The translations under genes and the position numbers were made by a program. From Octopus sinensis (taxonomy: Eukaryota): 64,000 nt of DNA. Under the pieces are notes generated by a model. That model searched no databases and was not told the origin of the DNA. It saw nothing but the letters and a program-made list of their open reading frames with translations. Positions 13,542 to 25,892 of this stretch are shown here, in pieces. Each line of letters begins with the position of its first letter. Within the stretch, counting starts at the first letter, position 1. The DNA is taken from NCBI RefSeq assembly GCF_006345805.1, contig NC_043001.1:86180001-86244000 (forward strand), given 5' to 3'.

Positions 13542-13721
13542 CGTGAGAGTGTGTATGTACATGCGTGTAATACATCTAAAGTTATGAATTGAGCCCAAAG
13601 ATTGCTTAGAGATACATGCAATGTTATATAAATATACGTAAATGTATATATGTGAAACAATTGTTTTTGCATTTGTAAATTCTATGTTACTCTTATCACT
13701 TTCTTTTCTTTTGTAATTCAG

Positions 13722-13733
13722 GAGCGCACAGAA
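13722..13733 (+). CDS. 12-nt microexon (G)AHR
   Basis: Long pyrimidine tract + ttcAG, donor GTAAGT; multiple of 3. Confidence 0.7.
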
Positions 13734-13885
13734 GTAAGTCATTGTTTTCTTCATTTTGTAACATTCATAATATATATAGTTGGTATTTTAATCTATAACA
13801 ATTATTTCTTTTGTAACTTAATTTACATCTATTTGAATATAAACAAACTCCAAGATTCTTCACATTTCATTACTATTATTACGAC

Positions 13886-15330
13886 GGAGGCGGCGAGCTG
13901 GCAGAAACGTTAGCACGCCGGGCGAAATGCTTAGCGGTATTTCGTCTGTCGTTACGTTGTGAGTTCAAATTCCGCCGAGGTCGACTTTGCCTTTCATCCT
14001 TTCGGGGTCGATAAATTAAGTACCAGTTACGCACTGGGGTCGATGCAATCGACTTAATACCTATGTCTGTCCTTGTTTTTCTCCTCTGTGTTTAGCCCCT
14101 TGTGGATAATAAAGAAATAGGTATTTCGTCTTGCGTTACGCCGAGGTCAACTTTGCCTTTCATCCTTTCGAGGTCGATTAGATAAGTGCCAGTTACGCAC
14201 TGGGGTCGATATAATCGACTTAATCTGCTTGTCTGTCCTTGTTTGTCCTCTCTGTGTTTAGCCCCTTGTAGGTAGTAAAGAAATAGGTATTTCGCCCGTC
14301 GCTACGTTCTGATTTCAAATTCCACCGACGTCGACTTTGCCTTTCATTCTTTCGGGGTCGATAAATTAAGTATTAGTTACGCACTGGAGTCGCTGTAATC
14401 GATTATCTCCCTCCCCCAAACTTCAGGCCTTGTGCCTATAATAGGAAGGATTATTATGTGTAAGGTGGAATCGTTAAAACGCTGGACGAAATGCTTAGCG
14501 GCATGTCGCCCATCGCAACGTTCTAAGTTCAAACTCCGCCGATGTCGACTTTACCTTTCATCCGTTTGGGGTCGATTAAAATAAGTATCACTTGAACACT
14601 GGGGTCGATGTAATCGACTCGACTCCACCTCCCTCAAGCTCCCTGTGGCAAAATTCGAAATAATAATTATTATTACGAATTCGCCGAGGTCGATTTTTTC
14701 TTTCATCCTTCCGGGGTCGATAAACTAAGTAAGAGCAGATTACTGGGGTTGATGTAATCGGCTAACACACTTCCCTAAAATTGCTGGCCTTGTACCAAAA
14801 TTTGAAACCTCAGGCGATGAGCTGGTAGAATCTTTAGCACGTCGGGTATAATGCTTAGCGGCATTTCGTTCTTTACGTTCTGAGTTCAAATGCTGCCGAG
14901 TTCGACTTTGCCTTTCCTTATTTTGGGGTCGATAAAACAAGTACCAGTTTCGTACTGGACTCGGTGCAATTGACTATCCGCCCTCCCCTTAATTCCAGGC
15001 CTTGTGCCTTTTGTTATCATCAATTCGCTGGGATCGTCTTCACATTCCATCCTTCCAGGGTAGATAAAGCAAGTAACAGTAGAGTATGGGGTTGATGCAA
15101 TAGATTTACCCGCTCTCCAAAATTCCTGGCCTTGTATCAAAATTTGAAACTTAAGTAGTGAGCTGGCAGAATCGTTACTGTGCCGGGTAAAATGCTTAGT
15201 GGCATTTTACCCGTCTTTATGTTCTGAATTCAAATTCTGATGAGGTGAACTTTGTCTCTGGGGTCGACAAAAATAAGTTCCATTTGAGCGCCAGGGTCGA
15301 TGTAATTGACTTATTCTTTTTCACTGATTT
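13886..15330. mobile_element. Cluster of SINE S2 copies, mostly + strand, with internal duplications
   Basis: Repeated ggcgagctggcagaa.cgttagcacgccgggcgaaatgcttagcgg...gtcgactttgcctttcatcctttcggggtcgataa heads at about 13886, 14460, 14815 and 15160. Confidence 0.85.
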
Positions 15331-15435
15331 ATATCAACTAATTAATTTTGAATTTCCTTAATTTAATATGACTAAAACAATAGAACTTGAATATTGAAAC
15401 GCATTTCCTAACAATTAAAATTCCTCAAATTTCAG

Positions 15436-15453
15436 AGAGACCTGCCAGTGTTG
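15436..15453 (+). CDS. 18-nt microexon (K)RPASV
   Basis: tttcAG ... GTAAGT; phase 1/1, open. Confidence 0.7.
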
Positions 15454-16173
15454 GTAAGTAGAATATTCATTTATTTCCTTTTACTTTCTGTATAAGTCTT
15501 AATCAGTAAAAAATTTTAAAAGTAGATTTTTAATTCTTTCGAGATTACATTTTACACGGCATCTTTGCCCGCGAACATTTTTAATATGTGCGAAATATGT
15601 GTACGTACTGGGCTGAATGAGTGGTAAGAAGTTTGCCTCCCAACTATATGGTTCCATGATAAGTCTTCTGCTATCGTCACGGGCTGACCAAAGAAAGTAA
15701 ATTTGGTAGACAGAAACAGAAAGAAGCCCAGCGATTGCTAAAAATAAGAGTTGAACTTAACTCCGAAAGCCACAAAAACCACTAACCTCATTATATTTAC
15801 GGGAAGCGGTCACAGCAAACGAAAACGATCTTTCCCTTGGGAGATGAACCCACAAAAAGTAATACTTGGACAAAGCTTTATCACGTGATTTCGAAATTTA
15901 ACCAATAAGGTCATGCTTCTCCTCAGAAGTATCTACCGACTACTCAGGATTAAAGACATAACTTGCTTCGTAATAAGGAAGCGCCAAAATACAAACGGTT
16001 AGAGTTTATATTAGCAATGCAAAGTGGCTTTCAGAGTTAATCTTGACTCTTATTTTTAGTAATCACTGGTGCTATTTTGCATCCATTAATCTTTTTTTGT
16101 TCCTAAATTGCACTTATGCTATAATGTGCTTAATATATATTAATATATCATTGTAGTATCTTTTTGTATTGAT

Positions 16174-16228
<55 letters not shown>

Positions 16229-16558
16229 CACATCTATGCATACAAAGTACATATTCACAAAAACCCATACAGACACGCACAGATACACTCAGACATGCAC
16301 ACACAAGGAGACAGCGGTAAACACACACACACACACACACATGCAAACACACATACACACATAAAAACACACAAACACCAATACACAAACACACAAACAC
16401 ATGAATATGCAAAATACATACATACAAACATAAACACATACATGAATACCTACATACATAGCGCCCACACACACACATTCATACATGTATACACACACTT
16501 ACATGCATGCATGCTTACATACATACATACATACATACGTACATACATACATACATAC

Positions 16559-16676
<118 letters not shown>

Positions 16677-16774
16677 TATTCTAATGACAAATATGCCGAA
16701 ACAAAAAATTGTTGATAACCATTATAATTTATGCGTCGAAACAAACCGATAGAAATCTCTAAAAATTCGTTATT

Positions 16775-16862
16775 ACCGTATTGGTCCAATTTACCGTATT
16801 GGTCCAATTTACCGTATTGGTCCAATTTACCGTATTGGTCCAATTTACCGTATTGGTCCAAT
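16775..16862. repeat. 18-bp tandem repeat ACCGTATTGGTCCAATTT, 4 full copies + 16 nt
   Basis: Read directly; gives LDQYGK repeats in ORF 16673-16891(-). Confidence 0.95.
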
Positions 16863-17061
16863 ATATTAATTATAAATAGATTAGTGTTCACTCCCGGATT
16901 CTATCACTCTATGAAAGTTTCTAGTTCGAATCACACGTGCCTCGAGGTGCGCTGAAGATTTTTCTATTTTGGATATATTTGGGGTACTTAGGTCTGCTCA
17001 GGACTTAGTGCTTGCTTTTTCCATGGGTATAAGTAAGTATTTCATTTATATCTCGCGTATC

Positions 17062-17120
17062 TGCCGCTGAAGAGGGGAAAATTTCTTATGAATTAACCCC
17101 GAAATTGGACCAATACGGTA
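17062..17120 (+). ncRNA. Type I hammerhead ribozyme candidate, intact core
   Basis: TGCCG-CTGAAGA-GGGG(19 nt)CCCC-GAAA-TTGG a CCAA-TA-CGGTA; predicted cut after A17115. Confidence 0.72.
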
Positions 17121-17255
17121 ATAACGAATTTTTTAGAGATTTCTATCGGTTTGTTTCGAGACGCATAAATTATAATAGTTATCAACAATTTTTTGTTTCG
17201 GCATATTTGGCATTAGAATTTTTCTTCTGCCCTTATCTTGTAAACTATGTATATA

Positions 17256-17294
<39 letters not shown>

Positions 17295-18167
17295 ATATAT
17301 ATGTATGTATATATATTTCGAATGATTTGTCTGTGTTCCGTGTTCGTCCCTTCCTGTATTTCACGTTCATTATATATAAAAACATTCATTCTTATATTAT
17401 TGCGGCGTTACGTGCACCCCCGTTTGTTTGTCCAATTTTAAACCCTGCACGACTTCTATACACACTCTTTCCTACCCGCCATTGCTTCTTCACCAAACTT
17501 TTTGGCGCCCTCCGATTCTTCCCCTCTCTTCCTCCCATCCTCCTCCCCTCTTCCTCCCATCCTCCTTAATCCCTTCTTTCTCCTTTTCTCTTGGTCACTG
17601 ATTCTGTCCCCTGCTTCCACCCTCTTTGATTCCCTCTCTCTCTGTCTCTCTTTCTCTCTCTCCTGCGACCTGCTGCTTCTTAAACCATTCTGTTGGCCTT
17701 CGTATCTCGACCAACATGTGTCCCCGCTACCGAAACGGTAATTATTTCTACGCCAGCTATGTTGTTGTTGTCGTTTTTGTCTCATTTGGTCTAAAGTCGT
17801 ATGACAACCACCGTTATATATATTTTGTTTATTCATTACTGTTTTCAATTTCGTTTTCGTCTCTTGTATTCACATCCGTCTTGTGCGTTCACATTCCTGT
17901 CTTCTACCAAGAAATCTAATGCTTACAGCTTAGTTTTTTTTCTTAGGGCTGGCCGAGTTGGAGCAAATATCAGAATTGAACAGCCGAAATTTGCTATGAT
18001 GATTCGGTGTCTGACTGAAGATTGAAGGCTTCGAATGATTTGTCTGTGTTCCGTGTTCGTCCCTTCCTGTATTTCACGTTCATTATATATAAAAACATTC
18101 ATTCTTATATATATATGTATGTATATATATATATATGTATGTATATATATATGTATGTATATATATA

Positions 18168-18245
<78 letters not shown>

Positions 18246-18493
18246 CACGGAGTAGACGAAGCAGAGGCGGCTGAAGAAGGGGAATTTTCCTTGTGTTGTA
18301 TGTCTTGTACTCTGTTTTTTCGTTGTTCAAAAAAATGTCCGTTTCCATGGTTTTGTTTTTATGTTTTCGTTTCTCATTGTGTTCGACGTTTGTTTGGTGT
18401 CGTGTACCCATATATACATGTATATATATTATATAGATATAGGTACGTACATATATGTATGTACATATGCATATGTTTTATTTATTATGTTGT

Positions 18494-18529
<36 letters not shown>

Positions 18530-18533
<4 letters not shown>

Positions 18534-18798
18534 AAAAATAAGCAACAAGAATGGATCCGGTAATGTAGTACAATTGTTTCATACTATAACATTTTATTAA
18601 AAGCTGTAAATATTACAGCAGATATAATGTTACTAATTGATTTGAGAATTTTATATTATTGGAAAACCTATATGAAATTACCTGAAGATTACTTGACATA
18701 TTATATCTGCTGTAATATTTACAGCTTTTAATAAAATGTTATAGTATGAAACAATTGTACTAAATTACCGGATCCATTCTTGTTGCTTATTTTTTATT
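18530..18798. repeat. Foldback, ~100-bp arms, ~65-nt spacer
   Basis: aataaaaaataagcaacaagaatggatccggtaat... versus ...attaccggatccattcttgttgcttattttttatt; near perfect. Confidence 0.9.
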
Positions 18799-18895
18799 AT
18801 AATCACCCCGCATATTTTTATGGGTAATACCATAAAAAATTCTGGTGCATCTAAATTAAGTACCATATTCATTTGAACCTAAATTGTTTGCTGAA

Positions 18896-18965
<70 letters not shown>

Positions 18966-19636
18966 CATACATACATACATACATACATACATACATAACA
19001 TACATACATGTATGTTTATGCGTGTCTTTGCGTCTGTGTTTGTATCCCACCAACGCTGGGGAGTAGTTTTGAAAAAAAAATAGTCGTCTTGCCTTTTGCA
19101 ATTAGTCCTACTTAATTTGATTTGGTGTTGAATTCAATGTGTTTTATTTTAATCTCTTTATATTTCGCATCGTTTTTTCTGAACATTTTCTTGTATATGT
19201 TTCCTGTTATTTTAAAACCTAATAGTAAATATGTATTTCTTCAGAAATTATTTTCACAAGCACGGCATAACTATTTTGTTGCGGTTCAACATTCCTAAAA
19301 TATTTATTGTCAGATATTTCATATTTAGTATACAACATTAATGGAAATCAGGTTTATGAAAAGTGGGCATAAAATATTTACATAATAGAAATAACATATC
19401 ACTGTAAAATTTATGATATAATATAGTTGTGAAGGAAATATCACCGTTGAGCAGTAAACACACCACTAAATGACCACAAATAAGAATTACATTTCTTAGT
19501 CAAGCAGTGGTATTATTCCTTTATAACAGATTTACATTAAACAACTAATTTAAACTATATGTAGCTTAATACGTTTAAACGACCGTATATGACAATTGAT
19601 AAGTATTTCCTAATAATTAAAATTCTTACATTTCAG

Positions 19637-19663
19637 GTAGGCGTCATCCATTCAGATCTCATT
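19637..19663 (+). CDS. 27-nt microexon (G)RRHPFRSH
   Basis: tttcAG ... GTAAGT; phase 1/1, open. Confidence 0.72.
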
Positions 19664-19829
19664 GTAAGTAGACTATTTTGTTGTTTCATTTCACTTTATG
19701 TATGTTTCTTTAGTTAAAATCTTAAACAGCCGATTTTTATTTCTATCAACAAACACGGCATGTGTCTCTACGTAAAAAAATTAATATATTCGAAATACAC
19801 ATTATCGAAACAGCGTATATTGTTACAAA

Positions 19830-20496
19830 GCCCGACGGCTTAGAAGGTATGATAAAAGATTCTAATTTTATTATCAAAGCAAAATATTCTAAACAGACGC
19901 GAAGAAATTTTATAGGCAAATTGGTAAAACGATGATAGATGTAAAGGAGACATTTAAAATTGAAGACGTGGAAGAGTTCTGGAAGAAGATAACAATGAAA
20001 AGTTTAATGCTAAAATTGACGGGATAGAACGTGAGAAGGGGGCCACAGGATGTAATTGAAAAGATAGGGTTAGCTCTTATAAAGTCTTATTAATGGAAAA
20101 TCCCGCGACCTGACTTCTAGCTGAATTGTTTGGGAGATGTACACGAAAATTTCACTATATCTCTAATTATCATTCAGAATCCCGAGCAAATATCTACCAA
20201 AATCTCATGATACAAAATTCCTGAAGAATTACCGACAAATGACATGTCTCAATACCACTTACATGACTCCTAAATCTATAATAACTGAAAGAATGTACAC
20301 TTTCCTTGCACAGAACGTTATCCTTCCACAAGCACAGAAAGACAGTAAAATAATTCTTATGGGTGCAAAGATCAATTACCATAAATAGAACGAGTTTAGA
20401 AAGTTGCCGCAGCAAAGTAAAATACTGTGTACGCCGAAGATAGACTACACGAAAGCATTTGATAGTGTCCCACATCGATGGATACTCGAAGTCCTT

Positions 20497-20528
<32 letters not shown>

Positions 20529-21310
20529 ACTTCGAGTATATATAAGATCTTTCTTGCCATCTCCAAAAATTTACGAAACAGCATGCCCAAATAGACCACG
20601 TCTTTTTCTTAACCATAGTAATGGAATAAGCCATTCAATAGCTTCAGTATCACGCGAGGCATCCATTAAAGTGACTCCATGTCCTCATTACTTCTCTGCA
20701 TGGCACTAGTCCCACTTTCAAACCAATTGAACAACATCGGAATGCCTACAAAAGTCTTAGGATAATAAACCATTTCTTTTTGCATGGACAATCTGAAACC
20801 GTTTGCAAGAGATAGACGGGCTGCGAATAAGTGTTAAAGAGTTTAACAATGATATCTGGATGGATTTTGGCCTTGAGAAGTTTGCTAAAGCAAATTTGGA
20901 TTGGACAGAAGCTCAGACAAACAACATCCATTAAATTAGACACTAGCATCAACTTGGCCCACACGAAATGCATAAACACGTAGGTATAATGCAGAGTTGG
21001 CATCAATTTTTCTTGCGAATCTACAAGCTTCCTTGACAACAGAATATAATTGTTTTCTTGTTCGTACACAAGTCGCAGCATATAGACCTCTGCACTGCAT
21101 AAATACATGTTCATTCCTATAGTGGAGTTTCCATAGCATAACAATCCTTTTCCTTCAGTACTTTTATGTTGGTAAAAACCGTCAACGTCTGCCTAAAGGC
21201 AGTGAATGTTAGAGATCAATCATTTTCTTGTCTTCTTGCCCTTGCGTTGGAGTCCCAGAGGCGAGCAATTAATGATATCGAACTGTACTCGACAACTGGA
21301 TTTGACTACG
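19830..21310 (+). mobile_element. Highly decayed RT fragment, R4/Dong-like LINE
   Basis: IDYTKAFDSVPHRWILEVL (ORF 20404) and a degenerate MDNLKPFA; paralogous to 30150-31410. Confidence 0.65.
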
Positions 21311-21575
21311 TATGTTCTAATATGTTTAAACAGTAATATACTTTTTTTTAAACAGTAATATACTTTTTAAACAGTAATATACTCTTTTGAAAGCGTTTTA
21401 TCGAACGTTTTAAGTATATTAAGAAATTTAATAGTAATTCACTTTAGCAGATAATGACTTTATTTGGAGGAAAATATTAAATAATTTCCTTTGAGCGACT
21501 ATAGATAAACCAAAAAATGTATATCTTAATAGCTTCAAAACTTATATATACATCATTCTTCTCTATTTTTTTCAG

Positions 21576-21590
21576 TTCGTCCTTCACATG
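21576..21590 (+). CDS. 15-nt microexon, array copy 1, (F)RPSH
   Basis: tttttttcAG TTCGTCCTTCACATG GTATGT. Confidence 0.75.
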
Positions 21591-21877
21591 GTATGTAACT
21601 ATTTAAATATTTCCAATTGCATTTTCCAGTTTAAAACAGTCATTTTCTAGTTTAAAACATTAAGTTGAGGTCTTAAGTCACATTATTGAATTCATAAGAT
21701 GCTGTGTATATATTTTCAGATTGATTTGATTGTAATTCACTTTAGCAGTTAATAATTTTATTTGGAGGAAAATATTAAATTATTTCCTTTGAACGACTAT
21801 AGATAAACCAAAAAAATGTATATCATAATAGCTTCAGAATTTATATATACATCATTCTTCTCTATTTTCTTTTTCAG

Positions 21878-21892
21878 TTCGTCCTTCACAAG
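21878..21892 (+). CDS. 15-nt microexon, array copy 2, (V)RPSQ
   Basis: tttttcAG TTCGTCCTTCACAAG GTATGT. Confidence 0.75.
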
Positions 21893-22168
21893 GTATGTAA
21901 CTATTTCCAATTGCATTTTCCAGTTTAAAACAGTCATTTTCTAGTTTAAAACATTAATTTGAAGTCTTAATTCACATTATTGAATTCATAAGATACTGTG
22001 TATATACTTTCAGATTGATTTGATAGTAATTCACTTTAGCAGTTAATAATTTTATTTGGAGGAAAATATTAAATTATTTCCTTTGAATGAATATAGATAA
22101 ACCAAAAAAATGTATATCTTAATAGCTTCAAAACTTATATATACATCATTCTTCTCTATTTTTTTCAG

Positions 22169-22183
22169 TTCGTCCTTCACATG
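22169..22183 (+). CDS. 15-nt microexon, array copy 3, (V)RPSH
   Basis: tttttcAG TTCGTCCTTCACATG GTATGT. Confidence 0.75.
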
Positions 22184-22470
22184 GTATGTAACTATTTAAA
22201 TATTTCCAATTGCATTTTCCAGTTTAAAACAGTCATTTTCTAGTTTAAAACATTAAGTTGAGGTCTTAAGTCACATTATTGAATTCATAAGATGCTGTGT
22301 ATATATTTTCAGATTGATTTGATTGTAATTCACTTTAGCAGTTAATAATTTTATTTGGAGGAAAATATTAAATTATTTCCTTTGAACGACTATAGATAAA
22401 CCAAAAAAATGTATATCATAATAGCTTCAGAATTTATATATACATCATTCTTCTCTATTTTCTTTTTCAG

Positions 22471-22485
22471 TTCGTCCTTCACAAG
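22471..22485 (+). CDS. 15-nt microexon, array copy 4, (V)RPSQ
   Basis: tttttcAG TTCGTCCTTCACAAG GTATGT. Confidence 0.75.
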
Positions 22486-22766
22486 GTATGTAACTATTTC
22501 CAATTGCATTTTCCAGTTTAAAACAGTCATTTTCTAGTTTAAAACATTAATTTGAAGTCTTAATTCACATTATTGAATTCATAAGATACTGTGTATATAC
22601 TTTCAGATTGATTTGATAGTAATTCACTTTAGCAGTTAATAATTTTATTTGGAGGAAAATATTAAATTATTTCCTTTGAATGAATATAGATAAACCAAAA
22701 AAATGTATATCATAATAGCTTCAGAATTTATATGTACATCATTCTTCTCTATTTTTTTGGTTTCAG

Positions 22767-22781
22767 TTCGTCCTTCAAAGG
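22767..22781 (+). CDS. 15-nt microexon, array copy 5, (V)RPSK
   Basis: tttcAG TTCGTCCTTCAAAGG GTATGT. Confidence 0.72.
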
Positions 22782-24199
22782 GTATGTAACTATTTATATA
22801 TTTCCAATGGATTTTTCTCGTTTAAATCAGTTATTTTCGAGTTTAAAACATTAATTTTAGATTTTAATTCATATTATTGAATTCATAAGATGCTGTGTAT
22901 ATATTTTCAGATTGATTTTATTATATTAACAATCTGAAAATATGGATAACTAATAATATTACATAAACACAAAAGATCATACACGTACAGGGTGTTCGGA
23001 CTAAATTTAACAGTTTGGATACAAGGAAGAGAAAATACAATATTCCATACTGAATTAGAAGGATTTTTAAATAACTAAACTTATCAAGATGGCTAGCAAA
23101 TGGGTGTTTACTGAAAGGAGCCGTCCTCAGCTCCCATCTAAGCCTCACAACGGCTCCGGAACCTGGTTCATGCGTTCCTCACTGTGTTCCTGAGAAGATT
23201 TTTGAACACCTTCGTCTTGACACCCAGCCTGGCCTCTGTGTTGAAAGCAGAGTAGATAGTTATCTTTCTCACCTGCTTCCATACACGGTAATCCATTTGA
23301 TTAAAATCGGAGAATCAGGATGCCCGAAACTGGGGTTGGTGTAGCCATAAGAATTCTCCGACAGCCATTTCTGATTCTTTCCAGTACTATAACAAAGAGC
23401 TAAATCCTGCAGCTACACACATGGCCTTCACGCAGCAGCCCTATACAGTCAGGGGTTGACTGCTTCACATAGTCGTCTGAACTGAGATTAAGGGGTCTAT
23501 TTAAAATTGTAGCAATCAACCCATGCGTGCGAACGCAGTCGAAAGTGACCATTCATGAATGTCACAATTTTGTAGACTCCGATGCAACTGTCCAGTCATG
23601 TTGTCGGCATGTAGACAACCAATCTGAATCATCGTTTTACAGGGATTTCTTTTCCAATATTCATATGTTTTCTAATCCTCCATGTCGGAAATATTTTTCT
23701 CAACAACAAGTTTAATCTTTATGCCCTCGGATCTGTTCAATTTGACTCACAGATTTTTTAAAAAATGTTTAACTAATCAGTTTCAAACTCCGTAAACTGG
23801 TGGAATGTCTCACGCAGAACACGATTTACTTTGAACATTTTTGACAAAAGTTGGTATTTTAGACGTTATTTCGTGTTATGATTGTATTTGGGTAATTTCA
23901 ACCAATCTACGACGTGTTGTTCATTTTTCTACAAGTCAAAAATTTTTTCAAGTACGTTGCTTTTTTTTGTGATTTCTTCACGTCTGGAAGTATCGATGTT
24001 CAAATTCCTTCTGAAAGTTTCATACTGGAAGAGAAAGTAATTTCGGCAAGTCCATGAAATGAATCATTGTTTTCTTCATTTGGTTCCAAAATTATAAAAT
24101 GGAAATTTTGTTGTGAGAATAATTCGTTCTCAACACATCCATTCGACAAAATAATGTCATCAAATATATGGATATAAATACGAATGGATGAGTTTATAA

Positions 24200-24390
24200 C
24201 ATACTCTTTTCTACTCTAGGAACAAGGCCCAAAATTTGGTGGGAGGGGGCCAGTCAATTGGATCGACCCAGTACGCAACTTGTACTTAATTTATCGACCC
24301 CAAAAGTATGAAAGGCAAAGTCGACCTCGGCGTAATTTGAACTCAGAACGGAAAAACAGGCGAAATACCGCTAAGAATTTCGCAAATTTT
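24200..24390 (-). mobile_element. SINE S2 fragment
   Basis: gaaaggcaaagtcgacctcggcg.aatttgaactcagaacg core. Confidence 0.75.
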
Positions 24391-24899
24391 TTATTTCCCA
24401 CAAGGGGACAACACAGAAGGAACAGTGCAATCTGGTATGGGTCAGATTTAACGTATGAACTGACACAGATGAATTTTTTTAATTTTACATAAATATGAAG
24501 AGTTGGAATGATAACAAGACGTTACAGAATGGAGTGGGGAGGCGGGATATGCTTGGACCAGAAGAGTCCCGCCTCACCACTGATGCTTTAGGTTCATCCT
24601 GCGTTGTATTTATGCGGTCCCATCCATACACAACATTCATGCGACATTCTTCCATCGATCTTGAAACATTTACGGGGACAAGCATTTTTTCTCTAGCTCT
24701 ATTTTCCTTCTTAGATAGAAAGTGAAGAAATTTACCAACCCAGGGCCAGAGATAAAAATGCCTGTTATTAACCCTTTCACTCGCGTCTTCTAAATTACCT
24801 CTCTCGCAACTGCTACTACGATGAGAAAGCTATTCTTACCTTCTTTCGATAAGAAATCCGGTGGGTCAATTTTTACTATTGACTCAGTCGATAGCTCTA

Positions 24900-25660
24900 C
24901 TTTTCCTGTACATGACAATAGTTGTTAGGCATAAACCCACACATCTGAAACCTCCGAACACTGAAAAATAGCATGCGGGACGGTCCCGCCCTCATCTTGG
25001 ACAGGTCAGTGGGCCAGGGGCAACATGCCTTGCAAGCTTTCCTGGACAGATAAGGCTCCTCGGTAACATTGCCATGCCAAAGACTTCTGGAAGTTATCCA
25101 GTGTCTTCGGCCTGAATGTACGTTGGAACAGACTAGCCAACTGACTATCATCGAGACCTAGGGTTTCATCCAAGGAATCGTCACATTTCGCATCTACCAA
25201 CCCTCTATAACAGAATGTGGTAGAACTACTACTGCAGGCATTGCCCGAGAGATGGAATATCCTGAGAGCCTTACGACATTCCGTAAACCATGTACCCAAC
25301 TTCGATCTACGATAGAACCAGATATCCAGTCCACCGAAACAAATGAACTTGGGAAACATCTGTTTTGCCAGGGAGACCACACTCGTTCACCATCCAGATA
25401 GAACCATAGATGCCTCAACCTCAGCGCGTACCTACGTATCATCAGCCAAAGCATCCCTAGCCCACCTTTTAACGGTTGTTGGCAGCAAATAGAGCATCTC
25501 ACAAGCGGCTTCGAGACCTTCCACAAGAAGCGGAAGAGCTGTCTTTCCAGCTTGCTCAACCACGAATCAGAGCGGGGAACGACGGTTAGGCAGTAGGTGA
25601 TGAGCGATGCGATGGACACATTGGCCACTTCCGCACTCCCTTTCTCCACATTCGAAGCAT
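24900..25660 (-). mobile_element. L1/Tx1-clade LINE fragment (post-RT region)
   Basis: ORF 25194-25649: LFRFLWK...LVR.SICCQ.PLKGGLG motif; GC-richer than flanks; frameshifted. Confidence 0.65.
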
Positions 25661-25669
25661 TTCTTTACT

Positions 25670-25892
25670 ACTCACAAGGGGCTAAACACAGAGAGGACAA
25701 ACGAGGACAGACAAACGGATTAAGTCGATTATATCGACCCTAGTGCGTAACTGGTACTTATTTAATGGATCCCGAAAGAATGAAAGGCAAAGTTGACCTC
25801 GGCGGAATTTGAACTCAGAACGTAGCGGCAGACGAAATACCGCTAAGCATTTCGCCTTGCGTGCTAATGAGTCTGCCAGCTCGCCGCCTTAG
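25670..25892 (-). mobile_element. SINE S2
   Basis: Reverse complement of the S2 head and body. Confidence 0.85.

Larger units (their letters stand above)
21430..22920 (+). repeat. Five ~297-bp tandem units, each carrying a 15-nt microexon
   Basis: Exon-to-exon spacing 302, 291, 302, 296; copies 1/3 and 2/4 are 593 bp apart and share diagnostic variants. Confidence 0.92.

Noticed and set aside
16775-16862. Short direct repeats resembling CRISPR
   Set aside because: Head-to-tail with no spacers, eukaryotic context, no cas genes. The same applies to 38141-38230 and 21330-21395.
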